Shown here: positions 53,232 through 60,489 of the stretch, piece after piece
Layout of the letters: each line of letters starts with the position of its first letter
Numbering within the stretch: position 1 is the stretch's first letter
IMG/VR virus record: IMGVR_UViG_3300020200_000001
Location: 1 to 60,489 of that record
Length of the DNA: 60,489 bases
From: a virus
Lineage: Duplodnaviria > Caudoviricetes
Strand: one strand, 5' to 3'
Made by a program: the position numbers and the translations under genes
Notes under the pieces: model-generated
The model's database searches: none
The model's input: the letters and a program-made list of their open reading frames with translations, nothing else
Told to the model about the DNA's origin: nothing

Positions 53232-55492
53232 CTCCGACCTCCTTGTTGTGTTGCCTGGGGCTGTGGAACAACCGCCCAACGATCGCGGAAAATAATGATG
53301 GTGCCTGGAGCAAGTACCTTCAAGCGTGGATCGGTATCACTGTAGATCACGGGAGGAGCCCCTAATGTCATACGAAGCGCATGAATGTCCTGCACTGCAC
53401 TTCTTGCATTGTTTTGCTTCTCAGCACTTAATTCAGTGTTGACGGCAGCCGACAACGCTTCTTTCTGCATTCTGCGCAGGGTGTCCTCTAAAACAAAGAT
53501 CCGGCTCTTAAGGGCATCTGGGTTGTCCCACAGCTTGGGGTCAATTGAAATTTCTTTTGCAATCCTCTTTTGTTCCCCTTCCGCATAATGAGGATTAACG
53601 GCAAGAGCCTTCCCAAACTCACGTCCTGTCTGCTGAATAAACTCTCTCGCTTTGGACATCAGTTCGCTACCGATTGCACCGCCAATGCCTGGAGTGGCGT
53701 ACGCAAAGCCTCCTATGGCAGATATGGGGCCTGTTCCAAGATTGGCTGCTGTAAACAGCGTCGGAGTTCCGCTACCAGGACGTTGGTAATACGTAACGCT
53801 GTCCGGATTTGTTGCGAACAGGTTGTAAGGTCGAAAAAACGATTGCTGTGGGATATTGACCGTCCCGTCTGGTTTAACTGACCACCCAGGTGGCAGTTTA
53901 TTTTTCTGCTCCGGGGAAAGCAGTGCGACAATGGGACCAGACGGCGCAGGGGTAGTGGCTGCCGCTCCGGAAGCACTAGGTGTTGTTGAGGAAGAGACGT
54001 TCGGAGTAGTTGCGGTGCCTGCTCCAGAATCGCCCGACACAGTGGGAAGCGTAGTTGGGGCTCCAGAAGCACTCGAAGTAGTTGTGGCCGCTGTTCCTGA
54101 GGCCCTATTGTCAGAAGGACGACTGGGAGCGGCGTTTGTCCGCCCCTGGTCTGCATTAAGTTTTATGCGATCTGCAATGGCTTGCTTAACCGCAGCAGGA
54201 AGCTCATTTTGAAGGAGTTGGAAAGTTCGATTACCTCGGCTATCAGTGAACTCGTAGGGACGCTTTTGCGTGTAGTTCGTCACTGCGACCTCAAATAAAC
54301 GGTCCTGATCCGGGGTCAGTGTTCCTTTGCCATAGCCAGGCGCTAGTTCGGTAAAGAACTGCAACGTACGACCCTCGACTCCACTACCGAACGGCGTGGT
54401 GGGCGACGCTCCTGCAATCTTTTGCCACGTTGCCCACTGAGCATCGGTAAGCTTGAGATTCTGTTCCCGAATTTTTGCTTGTTCCGCTTCTGTAGCTTGC
54501 AATGCGGCAAGTTTGATACTCTGGTCGGCCTTAGCTTGCTCCGCGATCCGTGCACCAAGCTTTCCTGGGAGCGGGGATACCGCACGCGAAAGACGAGAGA
54601 TTGCGCTGCCGCGAAGTGGACGCCCCTGTTCATCGACGTTGGCAGCATAGTTAAACGCAGCCTGGCCGAAGTCCATCAAGGCCTGACCTTGAGCCACGTT
54701 TTTGTCAATTCCAAGAATTTGTAGGTACAACGGGACACGCTTTTGTGTCCCTGCCGCTAGATCCGGGACACTCAAGGGCTGCCTCAGTAGATAGTCGGCG
54801 ACTTTCTGGCGAGCGAGCGCGATTGTATCGGCGGGCCAGTTACCAGTTGCAGCGGCAGGAGAGTCTGCGGGGGTCACTCCTGCCTCAGTAGACCCCGTCT
54901 GAAAATGTTGAACTAAGCCGCCCTTGTACATGTTCACGGGCGCAGGACCACCTGCACCAGCCATCAACGATTCAATGCCACCAGCAGGCATGCCTGCTGG
55001 CGTGGTTTCGGGTATCGGTGGCATGTCCATGCCTGGCCCCGCAGCCGGAGGCATAGGAGGCATACCGGGGGGCATTCCACCTGGCATAGCAGGTGGCATC
55101 ATGCCCGGCGGGGGCTGGACCATGCCAGCGGCCGGTAGTGCACCGATCCCTTTTTGAGCCTCGGCTGCGAGCACGGGTTGCAGGAGCGCCAGAACCTCTG
55201 TCGGGGTGCTCGCTGCAGCGTTGTAGCCCACGAGGTCGGCAAGTTCCTCGACGCGAGCGTCGATCGATCGCATGTCACCACGCAGGTTATTCATGAGAAT
55301 CTCGGGCGTCTTAGGAGTGCGCTCAGTCATCTTTGCGGTGTCGTAGTCACCAGACTCGTCTTCGCCCTCCAGTGCGGAAAGCTCTTCCTCGTCGAGCATG
55401 TCGGCGAAGCCTTGCATAATCCCTACGTTCTCGGGATCGATGTCCTTGTTCTTTTTCTTGAACATCGGACGGTCTAGGACCTTTGATTTCAT
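53228..55492 (-). CDS. Internal virion protein
   Basis: VLDRPMF start, LMN.LRGD..S..AR..ELA..VG, Pro/Met-rich linker, MYKGGLV. Confidence 0.65.
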   Translation of the reverse strand: MKSKVLDRPMFKKKNKDIDPENVGIMQGFADMLDEEELSALEGEDESGDYDTAKMTERTPKTPEILMNNLRGDMRSIDARVEELADLVGYNAAASTPTEVLALLQPVLAAEAQKGIGALPAAGMVQPPPGMMPPAMPGGMPPGMPPMPPAAGPGMDMPPIPETTPAGMPAGGIESLMAGAGGPAPVNMYKGGLVQHFQTGSTEAGVTPADSPAAATGNWPADTIALARQKVADYLLRQPLSVPDLAAGTQKRVPLYLQILGIDKNVAQGQALMDFGQAAFNYAANVDEQGRPLRGSAISRLSRAVSPLPGKLGARIAEQAKADQSIKLAALQATEAEQAKIREQNLKLTDAQWATWQKIAGASPTTPFGSGVEGRTLQFFTELAPGYGKGTLTPDQDRLFEVAVTNYTQKRPYEFTDSRGNRTFQLLQNELPAAVKQAIADRIKLNADQGRTNAAPSRPSDNRASGTAATTTSSASGAPTTLPTVSGDSGAGTATTPNVSSSTTPSASGAAATTPAPSGPIVALLSPEQKNKLPPGWSVKPDGTVNIPQQSFFRPYNLFATNPDSVTYYQRPGSGTPTLFTAANLGTGPISAIGGFAYATPGIGGAIGSELMSKAREFIQQTGREFGKALAVNPHYAEGEQKRIAKEISIDPKLWDNPDALKSRIFVLEDTLRRMQKEALSAAVNTELSAEKQNNARSAVQDIHALRMTLGAPPVIYSDTDPRLKVLAPGTIIIFRDRWAVVPQPQATQQGGRR

Positions 55493-55502
55493 AGTCTTTT
55501 CC

Positions 55503-56732
55503 TTATCCAAACAGCTTGTTCACGCCTGCGGCTGTCGTGGCCGCACCGACTGCCGTACCGATAACCTGTTGCAGGGGGCTTGCGCTCGGAGCAGATTGCG
55601 ACGTAAGTGCCATCTGAGTGGACGGCGCTCCTTTATAGATATCAGACACAAAGCCCAACTGCTGATACGGGGCCATGGTCCGTTGTAGGTTGGTCATGCG
55701 CATTGCATCAAGCTGTGCCTGAGCATTCTGTTGCTCCTGCGTGCCGAGCTGCGACAGCAAAGCAACATCGCCTGCGTTGAGCTGAGAGTACAACTGTCCC
55801 AAAGCGGCCTGTTGCACGCCCATCGAGCCGATGCCCTGGCCAAGTTGACCAAGAAGTTGACCACGTTGAACATCGATTCCGGCCTGTTGCCCTGCCAAAC
55901 CACCAATACCTTGCGCAAGTTGACCACGTAGTGCTGCACCAGCTTGTTGTAGCTGTGTTCCAGTGGTGGCCTGCTGCCCAAACTGAGCGCCGATATTGGC
56001 CATCTGGTTTGCTGCGGCAAGGCCCCGCTGCTGCTGTGCTTCAAACCCCTGCATGGCCGCTTGCTGTGCCTGCTGGTAATTCTGTGCGTAGTCCTGGGCG
56101 ATCTGGCGAGCCATGACATCGCTCAGATTGCGCTGGAGTTCTGCCTGCTGAACGCCTTCGCGCATACCGCCAAATGCACCTGCCTTGACGGCCTGTGCTG
56201 CGGCCCCTTGCTGTTGGATCGCGTTTTGACGCTGCAGTTCACGCATGGTGTTTTGCGTGACGGCCTCTTGATAGGGGTTCATGTAGCCACGAACCATGTT
56301 CGGGTCGTAGCCGCCAGTGGCTCCGGCTGCACGGCCTGCAGCACCCGAGAGGTAGCCTTGGGCAGTCGTATAGTCAGGCCGCATTGCACCACCAGCCGCC
56401 TGCATCGCCCCTTCCATTCCAAGTTGAGCCTGGGAGAACTGTGGCGACACGTCGATACCTGCGATGCCCCGAGCTGCCGCTTGAGCCATGTTTTGGCCTT
56501 GCGTCAGACCAGTAGAACCGGCTTGAATATAAGGCTCGTAGGCTCCAATCCCCTGCTTGGCCAAGTTGGCTGCTTGGAGTGAAGATCGAGAAAGTCCGGC
56601 TGCCTCATAGGCAGGCAGGGTAAGCGGTTGTTGCGAATAAAGGCGTTGGGCCTCCTTGAGGAGACCCAGTTTATACGCCTCGATTTCCGGCGCTTCGCGG
56701 ACTATCTGCCCGGTATAGGAAATATCTGCCAT
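55503..56732 (-). CDS. Gln/Ala-rich DNA transfer / pilot-like protein
   Basis: YMNPY, GAFGG.R, QQ..QAQLDA, PYQQLGF.SDI. Confidence 0.7.
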   Translation of the reverse strand: MADISYTGQIVREAPEIEAYKLGLLKEAQRLYSQQPLTLPAYEAAGLSRSSLQAANLAKQGIGAYEPYIQAGSTGLTQGQNMAQAAARGIAGIDVSPQFSQAQLGMEGAMQAAGGAMRPDYTTAQGYLSGAAGRAAGATGGYDPNMVRGYMNPYQEAVTQNTMRELQRQNAIQQQGAAAQAVKAGAFGGMREGVQQAELQRNLSDVMARQIAQDYAQNYQQAQQAAMQGFEAQQQRGLAAANQMANIGAQFGQQATTGTQLQQAGAALRGQLAQGIGGLAGQQAGIDVQRGQLLGQLGQGIGSMGVQQAALGQLYSQLNAGDVALLSQLGTQEQQNAQAQLDAMRMTNLQRTMAPYQQLGFVSDIYKGAPSTQMALTSQSAPSASPLQQVIGTAVGAATTAAGVNKLFG

Positions 56733-56734
56733 GG

Positions 56735-58870
56735 TTATGCTTTCCTCTCAAGCGCCTTCATTAAGGCATACATTTTCTTCGCTCCAGCGCGCCGTGATCC
56801 GTTGCCCGCGTTTCGTACTGCTTTGGCGGTGAACACAAATTCACCGTCTGAAAGCATCGCGGGGATGGAGTCCGATGTCCCGGTCCCAGGACCGTTAATA
56901 GGACCAGTCTTGCGCGGGAAGTGTGAGGGCTGGCCCCCGTGCGCGTAGCGGTCTAGCGATGCAATGCCCCCAGCCGCCGCCTTAAATGGCGGTTGATACA
57001 TGTAGTCATAGGGGTTCAACGCGTATGAACTACGAGTGCCACCATACTGCAGCCCGTATGTTTGGGGATTACTCTTTAGCAGGTCAATTCCGGTAGGCCC
57101 AGAAAAACCCGGAGGAGGCTCAGGCTGCTCTTTTTTTAACCCACCAGTTAAAGCCATCGTCCCCAGTCCGGCTAGAGCCAAAGGACCATAGGTGCTGACA
57201 ATGCCCGGCAGCGCAGCCTTATAAGCCTGAGAAAGAACGGAACCGGCAGGGGCGTTGATGATCTGTGCTTGGGTGACGCCAGGGAATTGTTTTTGCACTG
57301 CACTAATTGCTTCACCCACCCCGCGCTCTTGGATTTGTGAAGGAGAGATATTTCTGTAGGCAGCCTTGGCAGCGTCCGTGAAGTTGCCCTTTGACAAAGA
57401 CTCCATAAACCCTGGGGGAGCAGCGGTTGTAGCCGCTGCTGTGTTCGCAACATTGCTTGCAGCAAAAGAAGAAGGCAGGGACTCGATGCCTACCTGTTGC
57501 ACAGTCGGCGCCACCCCAGGGATTTTGATGCCCTCTCCAGAATAGCCTTGGAGGTTGATGCCTCCCTCGGGGCGTAGGAACGTAGCGTTTGCCGGAGGAG
57601 GTAGTGTTGTCGGTGACGGGACTACTGCCGGAGGAGCCGCTGCGGTATTCACTGCGGGGGCCGCTGCGGTATTCACTGCGGCAGGGATAATCTTGTTCGG
57701 CACGGGTACTGAAGTGACTGGATCGCTAGCAGCATTTACTGCATCTGCCGGAGTCAGTGGGCGAGAGACCACGACGGGCTGTTCAACAGCAAAAGTTTGA
57801 GCCGGGCCTTGACCAGTGGCCGCATCTACAGAAGGCACGGTAGAAGGAGGGGAGCCACTACCAGTAACCATCGTGCCCCTATTTTCTATAGGTGGCAAAC
57901 CCTTTGACGCTGCCGCGCCGCCCTCATACCCCTCAGGCAGAGCGTTAAATATCGAGCTACCAAATCCCGCTGTAATGCCTGCAATCGCGCCTGTCTTAAG
58001 GGCGCTGCCCAAACTTTGGCCACTAGCAAGGCCAACAAGCGTGCTGGCCGCAAAGGTGTTCACGCCCACTGCCAACGAGCCTGTCAAGCCCGTGATCGAG
58101 CCCGCCGTACCGGCAAAGTTTAAACCAGCGGGGCCGAGGAAATACACGGCTGCGGCAGTCAAAACGATCTTGCCAATCGTGCTGCTGGCAATACTCTTGA
58201 CCGCACTGCCAATAGCTTTACCTATGCTTTTAATCGCGTTGCCAATGCCTTTGAAGAGCTTGCCTAAGAAAAACTCAGGCAGGCCTGTTTGTGGATTAAT
58301 CGTGCCAGAGCCACCGCGACGACGCAGCATGCGCGCTTCGCCTGGTGTAATGTGCGCCAGCATGGTGTCGCCCCTGCGGCCCATCTGAGAAAGGCCCAGC
58401 GCAATAGGATTCAGACTCGCAATACCGCCATTGGCCATGCGAATTGGTTCTTGAGGCGTGGACATTGAAAGCTGGTCCAACGCGATATTTAACGCGGCAA
58501 AAAAAGCCGGATCAAACTCTTCTGGGAGCAACTCTTCAGGGACTTCGTCTTCTTCAATCAGACGACGGCGGATCTCCGCATACTGTCCTGGATTGCCCAT
58601 GATGACGTCGACCATTTGGCCCAACGCATCAATAACTTCTGCAGGCACCTTGAGGCCTGCAAGACGAGACTTGAACTCAGCAACAAGTTCGGGATTGACC
58701 GCAGCAATGCTGCTTAACATATCGTTGCCGAACTCTACCGGATTGGTTTTTGCATAGGATTCAATAACCGGGCTGAACAACTCCGGATTGATTGTTTCCG
58801 TATCGGCCGAGTTTTGGCCGGTGGGAGCTTGTTGGAGTCCCATAATCCCCTGTTGCATCGCGTCAGCCAT
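56735..58870 (-). CDS. Internal virion protein
   Basis: MANGGIASL, GR.GDTMLAHI...GGSGTINP.TGLPEF, TM-like stretch, GPGTGTSDSIPAMLSDGEFV. Confidence 0.7.
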   Translation of the reverse strand: MADAMQQGIMGLQQAPTGQNSADTETINPELFSPVIESYAKTNPVEFGNDMLSSIAAVNPELVAEFKSRLAGLKVPAEVIDALGQMVDVIMGNPGQYAEIRRRLIEEDEVPEELLPEEFDPAFFAALNIALDQLSMSTPQEPIRMANGGIASLNPIALGLSQMGRRGDTMLAHITPGEARMLRRRGGSGTINPQTGLPEFFLGKLFKGIGNAIKSIGKAIGSAVKSIASSTIGKIVLTAAAVYFLGPAGLNFAGTAGSITGLTGSLAVGVNTFAASTLVGLASGQSLGSALKTGAIAGITAGFGSSIFNALPEGYEGGAAASKGLPPIENRGTMVTGSGSPPSTVPSVDAATGQGPAQTFAVEQPVVVSRPLTPADAVNAASDPVTSVPVPNKIIPAAVNTAAAPAVNTAAAPPAVVPSPTTLPPPANATFLRPEGGINLQGYSGEGIKIPGVAPTVQQVGIESLPSSFAASNVANTAAATTAAPPGFMESLSKGNFTDAAKAAYRNISPSQIQERGVGEAISAVQKQFPGVTQAQIINAPAGSVLSQAYKAALPGIVSTYGPLALAGLGTMALTGGLKKEQPEPPPGFSGPTGIDLLKSNPQTYGLQYGGTRSSYALNPYDYMYQPPFKAAAGGIASLDRYAHGGQPSHFPRKTGPINGPGTGTSDSIPAMLSDGEFVFTAKAVRNAGNGSRRAGAKKMYALMKALERKA

Positions 58871-58878
58871 GTGCTTTA

Positions 58879-58933
58879 CCTTTCCATTGTCTGCCAAAGG
58901 CCAACACGGGCCGCGCGTCGGGAAAGGACGCGA
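58879..58933 (-). promoter_or_regulatory. Structured 5' leader with anti-SD loop
   Basis: Hairpin CGCGUC/GACGCG with loop region CCUUUCC complementary to downstream SD GGAAAGG. Confidence 0.5.
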
Positions 58934-58960
58934 ATATGACAGGTATTATCCAATAGACCA

Positions 58961-59299
58961 TCATGTTCTGTCCACAATCAGGCCAGAAACGACGACCGAA
59001 ACTCCACTGCCAGAAGACTCGACCCGAAGGATGTCCAAGCCTTCCAAAATAAGGGGCCCTGTGGGCTTTGTTCCAATAACGTCATAAAACTCATTAGATG
59101 CCAGGCTATAGGCATTGACTAAATACTGAGTTCCAGACCCACCTGGGGAAAACGATACCCTAAGTGTCGAGGCAGCTCCCCCGGTATTGCAGAACCAGAT
59201 GGAACGAACAATCATCACCGAGGCCTCAGCCACCTGAAATAGCGGAGTCGGCGTGGCCGCCGTTAAATCGCTGCGATATCGCTTATAAAGATTCGCCAT
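58961..59299 (-). CDS. Small virion structural protein
   Basis: MAN.YK, PLILE..D.L; similar to 12329..12643. Confidence 0.7.
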   Translation of the reverse strand: MANLYKRYRSDLTAATPTPLFQVAEASVMIVRSIWFCNTGGAASTLRVSFSPGGSGTQYLVNAYSLASNEFYDVIGTKPTGPLILEGLDILRVESSGSGVSVVVSGLIVDRT

Positions 59300-59475
59300 C
59301 AATTGCCAAAGAACCAGGCCTGGGCCTGATCTTTGTCCTCCGTTACGGTTGGCGTGTACGTTTGATTAAGCTGAAAAATAATCTGCTCAAGCGAACGGAC
59401 AAGCTGGTTAAACTGCTCGGGGTTGTACTCCCGAGATGCCACGGTCGGCAAACGTACGCTGGTGATCTTGCTCAT
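59299..59475 (-). CDS. Small tail-region protein (58 aa, not in ORF track)
   Basis: MSKITSVRLP...EYNPEQFNQLVRSLEQII.QLN...WFFGN; coupled at both ends. Confidence 0.75.
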   Translation of the reverse strand: MSKITSVRLPTVASREYNPEQFNQLVRSLEQIIFQLNQTYTPTVTEDKDQAQAWFFGN

Positions 59476-60362
59476 CGTAGGCCATCCGGTTGAACATCAA
59501 CTCGCCAAGTACCAAAGCGCCACCGTGAGTTAAGGGTGTCACTTGTGATCTGCATCGACATCTGTCGACCGCGTGCTCTAGTGTCCACCTTTTGGGTAGA
59601 AGGTGTAATGATGTAGGGATCCAGTGAACTGTTAGTGGCCGTGGCCTGCGGATATAGGCGCAGGAATAGTTCGACCTCAACATCCCCGACTTGATTTTTA
59701 AAGTCTGGAATAAATCGCTTCATGAACATCACCTGATCGCCGTCGCCAATATCAAAGTACCCTGCTTTTAGGAAGGCAACAATCGGGTCATTGACCGCAT
59801 TAAATCCACTCTCTTGGTTGTACACCAGCGACCTACCGGCGGTTAACCCGTAAATAGTAGAAATTGTTGAAGCAGTTGAAGCAGGAAAATACTGGCAGCC
59901 AAGAGGTTTTGTGTACGTGCCCACGTCAATCCATGCCGTACGGGGCATTGAGCCAATGTGCCAGGTGTTTTCCAAGTAGTTGTAAGTCACAAAGCGATCG
60001 ATGTAGTTTTCTCCAGCGGAGCAATACCACCAGGTCACTTCGTTGAACTGAGAATTCACGCCAACGTGAAACTTCTGAGCCTGCACAAGGTTGATGTTGC
60101 GGAATACGTATTCCTGGACACTGCAAGGCACCTTTTTTACCGTACCGTCGAACACGTAGAACGCTTCAACACCCATCCAAAAAGACAAGCCGTTGACGTC
60201 AACCGCTGCATGAGGGCCTACGCAGCCGCAATTTGCACCGAGTTGCTGAAAGCCAAACGTATAGGGCGGTCCAATGAACTGCATGCCATGGAGAGCCGTG
60301 TCGGTGAAGATGAGGATCTGACCGCGTGAGCGGATTGCCGACACGATTCTGCTGCCGTCATT
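59472..60362 (-). CDS. Tail tubular B / gp10-like protein, C-terminal part (joins 969..1)
   Basis: F.EVTWWY, YNYLENTW..G...RTAW, RFIPDF, DTRARGRQ, WR.G..R.D.QPDG.R. Confidence 0.8.
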   Translation of the reverse strand, partial: NDGSRIVSAIRSRGQILIFTDTALHGMQFIGPPYTFGFQQLGANCGCVGPHAAVDVNGLSFWMGVEAFYVFDGTVKKVPCSVQEYVFRNINLVQAQKFHVGVNSQFNEVTWWYCSAGENYIDRFVTYNYLENTWHIGSMPRTAWIDVGTYTKPLGCQYFPASTASTISTIYGLTAGRSLVYNQESGFNAVNDPIVAFLKAGYFDIGDGDQVMFMKRFIPDFKNQVGDVEVELFLRLYPQATATNSSLDPYIITPSTQKVDTRARGRQMSMQITSDTLNSRWRFGTWRVDVQPDGLR

Positions 60363-60489
60363 GAGCCGTTGTCCACCGGCCGTGTTTGTTGCAGTTGGGA
60401 CGAAGTCGCTGATATCCTCTTGTGAGGAGAATCGCACATACATCGGATCCTGCGTGTTCGCAGAACCAATCACGGTCTCTGTCCCAAAA
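60363..60489. repeat. Terminal direct repeat, copy 2 (circular assembly overlap)
   Basis: Identical to 1-127. Confidence 0.97.

Noticed and set aside
57636-57681. 24-bp tandem duplication (PAVNTAAA x2)
   Set aside because: Ordinary slippage in a low-complexity linker
60363-60489. 127-bp terminal repeat as a biological DTR
   Set aside because: Falls mid-gene and matches a common assembler k-mer length; it only indicates circularity
1-60489. Alternative genetic code, tRNAs, introns or inteins
   Set aside because: Core genes are intact and of normal length under the standard code; no tRNA, intron or intein signature seen by eye

Overview
The window is an apparently complete, circularly assembled ~60.36 kb podovirus-like (Caudoviricetes) phage genome. 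Bases 1-127 equal 60363-60489, and one tail gene reads through that junction. Most genes lie on the minus strand. Modules: (i) virion and lysis (TerL, portal, GroES, scaffold, Mu-gpT-like major capsid, two adaptor paralogs, tail fibres, large internal proteins, holin, lysozyme); (ii) a lower-GC cassette inside the tail operon encoding 2OG-Fe(II) oxygenase, heme oxygenase, 2OG-Fe(II) oxygenase and a PcyX-like bilin reductase; (iii) a ~4.6 kb GC-rich island between terL and terS with repeated sigma70-like promoters, DUF932/DUF6927-like genes, near-absence of GAAG/CTTC, and a parS-like palindrome at its terL edge; (iv) an AT-rich, repeat-structured non-coding origin-like locus; (v) replication genes (AEP primase, UvrD-like helicase, Leu762 PolA, SSB-like protein, SNF2 helicase, exonuclease). 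I found no integrase, ParA/ParB, RNA polymerase, tRNA or CRISPR. The most interesting unexplained signals are a recurring Phi-x-x-GG peptide motif shared by many virion-region proteins, the motif-purged island with its parS site, the bilin/oxygenase cassette, and two 5' leaders that could fold into pseudoknots over the ribosome-binding site. Product calls come from recognising motifs by eye; no database searches were run, and motif counts are manual.
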